Source: Candidatus Atabeyarchaeum deiterrae
GTDB taxonomy: Archaea; Asgardarchaeota; Atabeyarchaeia; Atabeyarchaeales; Atabeyarchaeaceae
DNA: 64,000 nt
Direction of reading: 5' to 3'
Assembly (NCBI GenBank): GCA_037310415.1
Contig: CP147780.1
Location: 1,952,001-2,016,000, forward strand
A program made the position numbers and the translations under genes. Numbering within the stretch: the first letter of the stretch is position 1; each line of letters starts with the position of its first letter. Shown here one piece after another: positions 1 through 9,468 of the stretch. The notes under the pieces are model-generated. The model was not told the DNA's origin. It did not search any database and saw only the letters and a program-made list of their open reading frames with translations.

Positions 1-704
1 TCGACCTTCAATTCGCATTCTTTGAGAGGCAATTCGCTATCTACCTGCTTCGTCTTTGTCTCTAGAATTTCGTCGATTCCTGATGCTCTTTTCAGTATGC
101 CATTGAGTTCCGGTTCTGCGACCTTCAACATGTTCCTGTATTTCTCTATGAGCTGGTTCCATCCTCCTGCGCTCGCCTGTTCTCCTGATCTTGGCTCTGC
201 CAGCTCCTTAGTTCTGAGTTCTTTCGCCTTCACAAGTCGTTTCCTGACCATTTCGAATTTACTCTCGAAGGAATCGCCGACTTGCTTCAGTTCCTCGTCT
301 AGCTTGTCGAATTGGCCCTTCACTTCATCTTGCGGATTGCGGGTATTCTCTTCTGTGGAATTGGTGACCTGAGTTGTTTTGGTGAAGACCTGAATCTGCA
401 TTCCTTCATCTTGCTTTATTCTTTTCATCTGCCTCTGTCTTTCTCGTGCTATCCTCTCTGCTACCTTTTCCCCTGCAAATCTCAGTAGCTCGTCAGTGAT
501 CTTATCAGAAGGTTTCAGTTCTGCGATATACTTGTAGGAGACAGGCTTGCTAAATCTCATGCAGTCATTCTTCTTGCACAGAGCGACTACGCTTCCGGCT
601 TTCAACTCGAACTTCTCTGCCAGGTCGCATGAGGCACAACTTTGTGGAAGATCGAATAGTCTAACGCCGATCGGTTCTTTCCAGTCTCTTTCAGAATCAG
701 ACAT
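1..704 (-). CDS. hypothetical protein with N-terminal Cys4 motif and coiled-coil region; 3' end truncated by the window edge
   Basis: Translated by hand: ATG at 704 after GGAGGAGTGGG, reading MSDSERDWKEPIGVRLFDLPQSCASC...LCKKNDC followed by E/K-rich sequence, open to the window start. Absent from the ORF track. Confidence 0.75.
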   Translation of the reverse strand, partial: MSDSERDWKEPIGVRLFDLPQSCASCDLAEKFELKAGSVVALCKKNDCMRFSKPVSYKYIAELKPSDKITDELLRFAGEKVAERIARERQRQMKRIKQDEGMQIQVFTKTTQVTNSTEENTRNPQDEVKGQFDKLDEELKQVGDSFESKFEMVRKRLVKAKELRTKELAEPRSGEQASAGGWNQLIEKYRNMLKVAEPELNGILKRASGIDEILETKTKQVDSELPLKECELKV

Positions 705-979
705 TTATTTCCCACTCCTCCTACCGACTGTAGGAGAATCCTCGTTCCCTCATATGGGGATATGTTGCGAAATCCAGAAAAATCTTCCGATTGAAAATGC
801 CGAGCATGGCGGACGATAACGATCTGTTCCCATTTTGTCGTTCAGATTAGGAAATATACTAATAGGCGGGGGAGCGATCTTTAATTCGAAGGGGGACAGT
901 TCGGCGTTCAGCTTCTGAGTCAGCAGAACTTATATGATTTCTTAGACATAGTTTGAACTCAGAGGACGGAGGACTGTGA

Positions 980-1255
980 GTGAGCTTGAAGAGCTGTCCG
1001 AAATGCGGGGGCCTAATGGAGAAAAAAGGTAGGGGAACAGATCATAATCTGCGCGTCGAGGATCGAAGCGTGCTGAGGGTCACCCATGAAAGAAGGCTTG
1101 TAGTCAAAGCGATTCGACCATTGATGTACGTTTGCGGGAAGTGCGGATACTTAGAGTTCTACGTCCCAACAGGGTCCGGCAATGCAGCAAAGAAGGGAAA
1201 GAAAGGTGGTCTTGGCAAGAGGCTGACCCATGACGACAGCCAGTACTTCACCTGA
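980..1255 (+). CDS. small CPxCG zinc-ribbon protein
   Basis: CPKCGG...CGKCGY; GGAGG upstream of the GTG start. Confidence 0.7.
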   Translation: MSLKSCPKCGGLMEKKGRGTDHNLRVEDRSVLRVTHERRLVVKAIRPLMYVCGKCGYLEFYVPTGSGNAAKKGKKGGLGKRLTHDDSQYFT

Positions 1256-1495
1256 AGTGTCGGACTTCCGTCTGAAGCTACCTTCCGCTTAACCGGAAAA
1301 GCGCCAGTTTGCCAGTGTCCCCACACAGCATAACTCGTTCAGTTTAGGGGATCCGGTATTATCAAAGTTTTCAGTCAAGTTCCTGTTACAAGCAGATAGA
1401 TACAATAAGCTTTCAATATTAACATTACAACCAATAGATCCTGAACGGGATAAGGTCGTCCAAACATGATGGGACGCCCAATGTGAGGGATAGCG

Positions 1496-2809
1496 TTGAG
1501 AGGTAAGCGAATTGTTTTGATCGGTGCTGGAAGCGCTCAGTTCGGTATCGGCACGGTTGCCGATATTCTCATAAGCAAAGTGCTCAACGGGAGCACCATT
1601 GTTCTTCATGATATCAACCCGAACTCATTGGAAATGGTACGTCGAGCCTGTCAGATCGCGATAGACGAGACGAAAGCGGACTTCTCACTAGAGGCAACAA
1701 CCTCTCGTTCTGAGGCGCTTATGGGCGCCGACTTCGTCATCATATCTATTGAGGTTGGAGACAGGTTCAAACTCTGGGAGCAAGATTTCGAAATCCCACG
1801 CAAATATGGAAATAGACAAATATATGGGGAGAATGGTGGACCAGGAGGACTCTTCCACTCACTGAGAATTATCCCTCCGATGGTTGAGATTTGCGCGGAT
1901 ATCGAGAAGATCTGTCCCAGTGCATGGGTGTTCAACTTCAGCAACCCAATGAGCAGGGTCTGCCTAGCAGTCAAGAGAAAGTTTAGAAGCAGACTGAAGT
2001 TTGTCGGCCTTTGCCACGGAATATACAACTTGGTTCTATTCCTAACGCCAATGCTTAACACTCCTTTCGCGAACTTGGACATCAAAGCAGGCGGTTTAAA
2101 CCACTTTGGGGTACTCCTTGAAGCGACTTACAAGGACACCGGAAAGGATGCTTACCCCGACATAAGGAAGAAAGCGCCCGACTACCTCAAAAACGCCGTG
2201 AAGGTCAACTTTGTAAAGCAAATCATGAGGATCTACGGCTACTTGCCCTACGTTACTGATAGCCACTTCGGCGAATATGTTAACTGGTCATGGGAGTGGG
2301 TCGATGCAGACGGAATCAAGAGAGATTATGAGGACTACAAGCTGCAGTGCTCCGAGTCTAAGCGTGATCTCAAGAGAATAGTTGAGGGAAAGAAATACCT
2401 CAAGACTTGGCTTAAACCATCGGGCGAACGTGTAATCCCTATCATAGAGGGGATAATTACCGACTCGAAGCAATATGAGTTAGCAGCCAATCTGCCAAAC
2501 AGTGAAGGTATAATCGAAAACCTCCCGCGGGATGTCGTTGTTGAGTGTCCAGCGACAGTCGACAAGAACGGAGTTCATGGGATCAAACTCGGCGAACTAC
2601 CGAATGGAATTGCTGCATTGATGAATACGCAGGCATCGGTTCAAGATTTATCTGTTGAAGCAGCTCTCAGCGGATCCAGGGAGTTGGCTCTGCAAGCGCT
2701 ACTCGCCGACCCAGTAGTAGACAGCCTTAGCGGCGCTGAGAAAATGTTGGATGAAATCCTCCAACTTCAACGAGACCACTTGCCACTGTTTAACGGGCGG
2801 ACAAAATGA
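1496..2809 (+). CDS. family 4 glycoside hydrolase (NAD+-dependent alpha-galactosidase/glucosidase-like)
   Basis: IGAGS Rossmann motif, GENGGPGG, NFSNP, GLCH, GLNH. Confidence 0.92.
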   Translation: MRGKRIVLIGAGSAQFGIGTVADILISKVLNGSTIVLHDINPNSLEMVRRACQIAIDETKADFSLEATTSRSEALMGADFVIISIEVGDRFKLWEQDFEIPRKYGNRQIYGENGGPGGLFHSLRIIPPMVEICADIEKICPSAWVFNFSNPMSRVCLAVKRKFRSRLKFVGLCHGIYNLVLFLTPMLNTPFANLDIKAGGLNHFGVLLEATYKDTGKDAYPDIRKKAPDYLKNAVKVNFVKQIMRIYGYLPYVTDSHFGEYVNWSWEWVDADGIKRDYEDYKLQCSESKRDLKRIVEGKKYLKTWLKPSGERVIPIIEGIITDSKQYELAANLPNSEGIIENLPRDVVVECPATVDKNGVHGIKLGELPNGIAALMNTQASVQDLSVEAALSGSRELALQALLADPVVDSLSGAEKMLDEILQLQRDHLPLFNGRTK

Positions 2810-2987
2810 GTCGAGCCTTGACTAACGTGGGTTAGTATCCAGAAGAATAGAAGAAGGGTTCGACCTACTTCTCAATGACTCATTGTCTCTTTGCCTTTCT
2901 GCCATACAATTTCTCCAGCGCAGCAAAATCTGGGTCAATGTTCGTGGTGCCTACAGAGGGTAACTCACCTTGGGAATAAGGTAAGAC

Positions 2988-3383
2988 GTGAGCGAAGCGT
3001 TATTAGAGTCGACAACAACTGGTTTGATTATGGGTAATTCAAAACAAGTAGATGAGTTTGTGAAGAGTAGGGTTTTACCCCGATTTCATGGCATAGTGGC
3101 AATGATACGGGAGCTGATGCGTGATATGGCTCCAGACGCCAAGGAATTAATAAGTTATGGGATACCTGTGTGGAAACGCAACAAAATGCTTGCCGTAATC
3201 AGTCCCACCAAGAAAGATATTACATTCGCCTTCTCACGTGGCGCGGAATTTAAGGACAAATATGGTTTGCTGCAGGGTGTTGGCAAGGTATCAAAACATG
3301 TAAAGATCAAGAGTCTGGATGAAGTAAACAAAGAGGCGCTCAAATACTACATAAAACAAGCTTTGGAATTAGATGCTAAGTAG
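2988..3383 (+). CDS. DUF1801/YdhG-like protein (start possibly ATG 3030)
   Basis: ELISYGIPVW, FSRGAEFKDKYGLLQG.GK..KHVKI pattern. Confidence 0.8.
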   Translation: MSEALLESTTTGLIMGNSKQVDEFVKSRVLPRFHGIVAMIRELMRDMAPDAKELISYGIPVWKRNKMLAVISPTKKDITFAFSRGAEFKDKYGLLQGVGKVSKHVKIKSLDEVNKEALKYYIKQALELDAK

Positions 3384-3567
3384 GCTCCTTTATCGTCTCA
3401 ACAACGTGTTTTCTGAAACTCTGTTCACAAAAATGCGCAGGGGCAATTGCTTTATCACGGAGATTTCGTTCGCATGTCATTCTGCGCGGTGGCGATTAGG
3501 TGCAATTGTGAATTTTCGATGCTATTCAAAGTATTAGAAAAAAGAACAATATCCAGTTGGGTAGAAC

Positions 3568-4257
3568 TTGGAAGGTAGATGTATGATCTTTGCCCCCCAT
3601 CCCGATGACGAGATATTGGGATGCTTTGGAGCAATTATGTCTCATCCCAACAGGGAAGACGTGGCAGTGGTTTACATGACTTCTGGAGAGCGAGGAGACA
3701 GCTCCATATCGCCTCTCCTAGAAAAGGAGACGAGGGAGCAAGAAGCGAAAGAAGTCATGTCAGTTCTGGGAATCCGGAGGCACTATTTTCTGGGTCTCCC
3801 TGATGGAGGACTTGAGCACGATTCGCGCACAATGAATGTTGTTGCCGATGTTATTGCAAAAGATGATCCTGCCTATGTTTACGCTCCAAACGAAAGGGAG
3901 CCGCACAGAGATCATAAAAATGCGTACAAGGTCATAAGTGGGGCACTTCAATCTTTGGCATCAGATAGCAAGCATTTTGAGGCCAGATATTATGAGGTCT
4001 GGATGACTTTGGAGAAGTTCAACCTTGTTGTCGATATCTCATCTCTCGCTGAGACCAAGAGAAAAGTCATCAGGATGTATGAATCCCAACTGAAGCACAT
4101 TAGGTATGATGAAGAGATTCTCTCCTTAAACAGACATAGGGGAACCACAACCAAGAAAGGAAGCTACTGTGAAGTCTACGACTGTTACAGAATCTACTCG
4201 AAAAAGGCGCAGAGAATACGATTCAGGAAACAAGAGATCCTCGGCAATGTTCTGTGA
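3568..4257 (+). CDS. PIG-L/LmbE family deacetylase
   Basis: APHPDDE, TSGERG, R.QEA, H.DH, YESQ. Confidence 0.92.
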   Translation: MEGRCMIFAPHPDDEILGCFGAIMSHPNREDVAVVYMTSGERGDSSISPLLEKETREQEAKEVMSVLGIRRHYFLGLPDGGLEHDSRTMNVVADVIAKDDPAYVYAPNEREPHRDHKNAYKVISGALQSLASDSKHFEARYYEVWMTLEKFNLVVDISSLAETKRKVIRMYESQLKHIRYDEEILSLNRHRGTTTKKGSYCEVYDCYRIYSKKAQRIRFRKQEILGNVL

Positions 4258-4437
4258 CACTACCTGCCCTTGCGAGTGCAAAACCAGGTGAAATGGAGAG
4301 AGCACAAAGTTTCCTATATGGAACCAAAGTGGAAGCAGAATGTGCCATATGGTTGGCATAACGAGCCTCAATGTGCTCTAGCCCTTGATTTTTGAACTAA
4401 GATACTCACAACATTCGTTCGAAGCGCTCGGGTGCTT

Positions 4438-6633
4438 CTAGGGTGATACTTCCACCCAGATGGGTCCAGAGTAGGCGGTGCGACCATTTTGCCCAACTAC
4501 GCGAATGAGGTAGAAGTCAGCTCCTCCAGTGTTTAGCGTGCTCGGGTCTATCGGATTGTCACTGTACTGGTTTATGTAGTAATGCCCATCCCTTAGAACA
4601 CAGTTACCAATCCCGTAGGACGTACCTGTGACTGGAGCGGTGTCGAGGAACGTAAGGTTTGCCACCGGCCCGTTTATTGATATCTCCTTCAGCAGGTTAC
4701 CATTCTTGAAGATCTGGACAGAAGCCTGCCAGTCGGGTACCCAGTTGGGGGTAACCGACGCTGCATAGGGCCGTATGTTGGCTGCGGGGGCTCCGTCTTG
4801 CGCGATTACGACGCTTATTTCCCTAGCAAGAGACGCATTCGTTACCGTCAGCGTTGAGCCATCGCCGACACGCGTTCCATTGATAGTGAAGCTAATGTAA
4901 GGTCTTCCATGGTCGGAAGACGCATAGATCCGCTGGTTTTCTAGGCCGTCGAAAACTGAATTTCGGGTAAGGTTGAATGCGTAAACCGCTGTGATCCCTC
5001 CCGGGCAAGGCATAGAAATCCGGTTATGCCACGTAGTCCAAGGTCGTTGGTGACCTATGTAAGCATCAGTATGGGCGAGTGAGTGCCCTGGATGCCCGTC
5101 ATGCTCGTCAGCCGAAGCATACATGACCACTCGGTAACCCATCTTGAATGCATCCATGATGCAGGTTCCAGGCGTGTACACAGGCGGTGCATCGCCACAA
5201 GGACGGATGACAAATGGATCGCGTTGTTCGAACAAACTCTCTCCATGGACAGACGTGACCTCTGCGGTCTTGACGTACTTAGGGTTGATGTAGGTCCAGT
5301 CCTCTATGTATCCTAGCTTCGTTGTGTGGTGAGGTAGCGCTAGCGCCTGACAGCCGGTGGAGCCTGTGAAATCATCGAGAAGGTTCCAAAGTTCCTGTGT
5401 GGTGGGAATTGTCATGTACGAGATAATGGGGTTTCTGGGCAACTTGTCTCCGCTGAAGATGCATGTGTAGTGTCCTGTGCTTGTCTGAGTCCATTCAGTC
5501 CCTTGGAGTGCAACGAAGCTCCCAGGATCATAGACGAGATTCGTAACCCGTTCAGAGTAATCCAATGCGCCAAGCTCGAACAGCATGGTTTCACCATGAT
5601 CGGTCAGCGCATCATAGTCCAAGCAAGCCACATATCTTGCATAGTAGTAATGGTGCTCAGGTGTTCCTGTTCCGTCAGAGAGCGCTGAGTGGCCGTGGAC
5701 ATCCCCCCAGTAGATCTTGGGAACAGAACTTGAGAAATTGGCAACTAAGATGGGATTGCTCCAGTAGGTGTTTCGAGTAACAGAGTCATTCACGAGAAGA
5801 TAGTGGATTCCAGGAGTGTTTATCATAGCTGCGAATACGTGGAGTCCGTTGTCTCTCCCATCGCGGATCTCATACGCGATGTCGCTGCCGAAGGGCTGCC
5901 CAGTGAACATGTAGTCCCCAGGCAGGGTTGCATTCACCGAAGGGATTTGATTGAGCGTGGTGAGATTGAATGACCTTACGGAGAACTGGACAGTCCCCCA
6001 GTAGACCGCGCTTAGCCTCTCATAGGCATCCCATGCTTCGACAGTGACTGGAAAACTGGTACCAACGTCCACAGTAGAGGGTGAGTGGACCCAGAGCAGA
6101 CGAGGGTTATTGTCAAGCAATACTCCAGGGTTTATGCTGGCTGTGCACCAGACTACTGTCGGCACCAAGACGACCATCAAGGCGAGGGAAACCTTAGCAT
6201 ATCTCGGCATCTTCTTACCCAGCCTGCCAAACCACCCTGGTGCTGTGCCCTTCCGCGGGCTTCGCCTCTGCCAGAGCTTGAACACAGCAAACGTGGCGAG
6301 GTAGGCTACGATTATGCTAGGCCCGATCGTCATTGCCAAAAGGTTAGACGAAATGTTCGAGCCAACCGACGGATCACTTAGAACATTCAGCACAAGCGTA
6401 CTGATTCCAGCTGTCCACGCCAAAACAAATCCGCCAATTCTCCAAACGGTCCTCCGAAGGAAAATGAAGTAGAGTATCCCGATAGCCAGTCCAATGAAAC
6501 TTAAGAAGAAAAAGGTTGTAGTATAGAACCCATACACGAACGCAACTAGCAGGAGGATCTGGGACGTCCACCGCAGTCCTCTGTGACTTGGTGCAGGGAG
6601 CTTGGTTGACACTTTGTGCGAACCTCTGTGCAT
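4438..6633 (-). CDS. membrane-anchored DUF3604/PHP-like metallohydrolase, paralog 1
   Basis: N-terminal TM helices; WGDVHGHS, LTDH, GHY, PHH, DEHDGHPG; many N-x-S/T sequons. Confidence 0.8.
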   Translation of the reverse strand: MHRGSHKVSTKLPAPSHRGLRWTSQILLLVAFVYGFYTTTFFFLSFIGLAIGILYFIFLRRTVWRIGGFVLAWTAGISTLVLNVLSDPSVGSNISSNLLAMTIGPSIIVAYLATFAVFKLWQRRSPRKGTAPGWFGRLGKKMPRYAKVSLALMVVLVPTVVWCTASINPGVLLDNNPRLLWVHSPSTVDVGTSFPVTVEAWDAYERLSAVYWGTVQFSVRSFNLTTLNQIPSVNATLPGDYMFTGQPFGSDIAYEIRDGRDNGLHVFAAMINTPGIHYLLVNDSVTRNTYWSNPILVANFSSSVPKIYWGDVHGHSALSDGTGTPEHHYYYARYVACLDYDALTDHGETMLFELGALDYSERVTNLVYDPGSFVALQGTEWTQTSTGHYTCIFSGDKLPRNPIISYMTIPTTQELWNLLDDFTGSTGCQALALPHHTTKLGYIEDWTYINPKYVKTAEVTSVHGESLFEQRDPFVIRPCGDAPPVYTPGTCIMDAFKMGYRVVMYASADEHDGHPGHSLAHTDAYIGHQRPWTTWHNRISMPCPGGITAVYAFNLTRNSVFDGLENQRIYASSDHGRPYISFTINGTRVGDGSTLTVTNASLAREISVVIAQDGAPAANIRPYAASVTPNWVPDWQASVQIFKNGNLLKEISINGPVANLTFLDTAPVTGTSYGIGNCVLRDGHYYINQYSDNPIDPSTLNTGGADFYLIRVVGQNGRTAYSGPIWVEVSP

Positions 6634-6780
6634 TGTCTTGCTCTCAAATCGAACTAGTTCTCTTATAGTTTCTGTCTTTTATCTTTTTCCAAACGAATAT
6701 AGCGTGATATCGGCCCGGTATAGGCGCATCCTCGAAGGGATGGATGGGCTGTCTGCAGTCAATTGGATTCTACCCGTTCG

Positions 6781-7263
6781 TTATTGTTTCGCATAGTCAG
6801 GTTTGTAACTCGTTCTCGTCAGGTTGGAGCTGCCGGTCGCAACGAGTTTTCCTTCCATATCGTGTATTTCCGCCATTGCATGCAGAATTCTACGACCTTC
6901 ACGTACGATTTGTCCTTTGACTCGAACCCTGTCTCCCACTTTGACTCTTCCAAGATAGTCTACGTGAAAATCTACGCTTATCAGAAATCCTTCGTAACCC
7001 AAGGTCGCGCCTGCTATTCCGATTGTGTCATCCATCATAGCGCATTGCATTCCACCGTGCAGAAGTCCAGTGGGGTTAGCCATTTCGGGGCGGACTAAGA
7101 ATTCCAATTCGAGCTCTCCACGTTTGACGTCTATGATATTTCCATTCAGCCAACTTGAGAAGGGAGACCCAGGGAAAAGTTTCTCCCCCTTGGCCTTCAT
7201 CGTTTTTAGAAATCCTATCATCTGTTCGGATCTTCTTCTAATTCTCTCCTTCTCATCAGACAC
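6781..7263 (-). CDS. PaaI family hotdog-fold thioesterase
   Basis: NPTGLLHGG...DD motif. Confidence 0.9.
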   Translation of the reverse strand: MSDEKERIRRRSEQMIGFLKTMKAKGEKLFPGSPFSSWLNGNIIDVKRGELELEFLVRPEMANPTGLLHGGMQCAMMDDTIGIAGATLGYEGFLISVDFHVDYLGRVKVGDRVRVKGQIVREGRRILHAMAEIHDMEGKLVATGSSNLTRTSYKPDYAKQ

Positions 7264-7367
7264 AGTAAATCTCCTCTCTCATCCTTTTGTCTCATTTTCT
7301 GATACGAATGGGGAAATGAAGAGCCTCTGAAGAAGATAGAGTAACTTGTCCACTGAATTCGTCTTCC

Positions 7368-8678
7368 CTAACCCATGCTGCTTGATTCCTTCGGAAAGAT
7401 TGGAAACGTGATTCCTCCCACCGGGAATATCAACACGCCGGCCTTGTTTCCCACTATGTCCCTGACTTGCGCTATCGCGTCACTGATCTTGGGGTAGTTC
7501 CTTATGTACATACTACCCGCCTGTTGGTCTGTCACTCCCGGAGAAGAGAGAACCACGTTATTACTCCTTAGTACTGAGACCCACAGGTACGAGTTACACC
7601 ATTCTTCTATGGGAACATTCAATGTTTCAATCAGCTTCGCAACATCTGCATCCTTTAGCCCGCGAACAAACTTGATGAAGTCCTCGGATTTCATGATCGG
7701 TTTCGGCAACGTTACTGTGCCAGCGCCTTCTGGGCAGGGTGAGATGCATAGAATCGTCCCGTTTTCCTTTGTGGCTTGCATTGTGTTTATTATTGACTTA
7801 CCTGACTGCCTAATGTCTATGTCTAACGGAAAAGCGCTTGTGATTACGATGTCTGCGCGAGCAGGAACGTCAACGCCATATATTTCGGACGCTACTTTGA
7901 CGCCTTCTCTGTGTGCTAAAATAGGATCGCCTGCAACGACCTTCACGATCTCCTTCTTATCGTTTAGAACCGTGTTCACTATGAAATCTAAGCCGCAGAT
8001 TTTTCCAGCTTCTTCTAGGTCCTTTCTAACAGGGTTCTCCTCAGGCGAAACACCTATCTGTGACCTAGGCTTTGTGACGAGTTTGTGGTTTGACATGATC
8101 GTATTTATGCCAGTTATTCCTGGCAGAACAGCTTTGTGTCCGCCACCGAAACCAGCAAAAACATGCGGTTCAATTGTCCCAAGAGCTATCTTCAGGTCAG
8201 CCTCATAGTATTCTCTATTGACAGCGATGGGTGTTCCGAAGGATGTCTTGCCTAGTTCAATGAGATCGTTTTGCAGGTCAGAGTTTATTGCCCGTATTCT
8301 TGGTATAATGTTCCTTCCAAGTCGTGCCTCCATATCCAAGGCTTCAAGTTTTCTGTGAATCGCGCAGCCGAATATCACAAACATCTTTTCAGTGTTTGCT
8401 CCCGCACCAAGTAATTCATCAAGCAGCTTTGGCATTATTTTGCTGATCGGGGTCGGTCTACTTATGTCATCGACTATTATGGCTATCTTTTTGTTCCTCG
8501 TAACTAGTTCGGATAGTCTCTTGGATCCGATTGGCCGCTCAATAGACATCTTGATTTCCTTCTCCTCGTCTGGGACCTTTGATGCAGGCTTTGGTGCCGC
8601 AGACTTCAAGATTTCCCATCCTTTCGGTAGGTCAAAGCCTATCTTGCTGCTGCCGAAAGGGACTTCGCATCGCACCAT
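7368..8678 (-). CDS. LarA-family (nickel-pincer) 2-hydroxyacid racemase/epimerase homolog
   Basis: DDISRPTP, EPHVFAGFGGGHK.VLPG, NH, NPVR.D, CPEG. Confidence 0.88.
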   Translation of the reverse strand: MVRCEVPFGSSKIGFDLPKGWEILKSAAPKPASKVPDEEKEIKMSIERPIGSKRLSELVTRNKKIAIIVDDISRPTPISKIMPKLLDELLGAGANTEKMFVIFGCAIHRKLEALDMEARLGRNIIPRIRAINSDLQNDLIELGKTSFGTPIAVNREYYEADLKIALGTIEPHVFAGFGGGHKAVLPGITGINTIMSNHKLVTKPRSQIGVSPEENPVRKDLEEAGKICGLDFIVNTVLNDKKEIVKVVAGDPILAHREGVKVASEIYGVDVPARADIVITSAFPLDIDIRQSGKSIINTMQATKENGTILCISPCPEGAGTVTLPKPIMKSEDFIKFVRGLKDADVAKLIETLNVPIEEWCNSYLWVSVLRSNNVVLSSPGVTDQQAGSMYIRNYPKISDAIAQVRDIVGNKAGVLIFPVGGITFPIFPKESSSMG

Positions 8679-8716
8679 TTACGGGTCACCAGCATGCTCC
8701 AGAAGCAAATAGAGTT

Positions 8717-9415
8717 TCATGGGAGTGGGACTTCTTTCTCGAGTTCCGAGAAGTCCTTTCTACCCTTCTTAACCTGTTCAAACCACCAAGAGTCTGCCTT
8801 AGCCAGCTCCTTGGCTTTCTTGATTATTCTCTCTGCATGTTCGGGTGGGATTACAACAACGCCATTTTGATCTCCGAATACCATGTCGTTGGGCCGGACC
8901 GTTTGTCCACCACACTTTACGACTGTCTGTAGCTCGGTTATTTTCATTCTTCCCCTGATGGATGTTGCGACTCGTCCTCTGGCCCACATTGGAAACCTGA
9001 GTTCGACGACTTGAGCTATGTCTCTCACGGCACCATCAACCACAGCGCCAACGACACCTTTCTGTATCAACATTGATGAGGTGACTTGGCCAAGTAGCCC
9101 CGCTGGCATCACGTCAGAGGAGTCAATGACAATGAAGTGTCCTGGTACTATCTTGTCGGCGAGCTTAAGAATGTCCATGACCATCTGCTCTCGAAATACT
9201 TCACCCCGCTCAAGCGGAGCGAACTTTAGTGTTGCAGCGATGCCGGCTGTCTTCGCTCCAGGCCAGACTTCTTGGATCCCTTGATCCATCAACATAGGTT
9301 TGATCCCTAGAGTATCACAGGCATCGCAAATCGCGGGTACATATAGCTTCTTTAGTTCCTCCAAAAGAGACTTGTTAATTGAGGGCTGGACGGTTGAATC
9401 AAACTTGACGGACAA
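8717..9415 (-). CDS. RraA-like / HMG-CHA-type class II aldolase
   Basis: ICDACD, GAVVDGAVRD, GDQNGVVVIP. Confidence 0.88.
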   Translation of the reverse strand: MSVKFDSTVQPSINKSLLEELKKLYVPAICDACDTLGIKPMLMDQGIQEVWPGAKTAGIAATLKFAPLERGEVFREQMVMDILKLADKIVPGHFIVIDSSDVMPAGLLGQVTSSMLIQKGVVGAVVDGAVRDIAQVVELRFPMWARGRVATSIRGRMKITELQTVVKCGGQTVRPNDMVFGDQNGVVVIPPEHAERIIKKAKELAKADSWWFEQVKKGRKDFSELEKEVPLP

Positions 9416-9468
9416 AGGCTATTCTACCCTCCTTGGTGAGGACAATAACTCTGCGTTATCTCCTTTAT

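Noticed and set aside
2860-2975. Short minus-strand peptide-like fragment (ELPSVGTTNIDPDFAALEKLYGRK)
   Set aside because: Too short to assign; may be chance.
7504-8208. 234-aa + strand ORF and many similar track ORFs (e.g. 22-372, 1651-2085, 15672-16157)
   Set aside because: Antisense shadows of clearly recognisable genes, with no motifs of their own.
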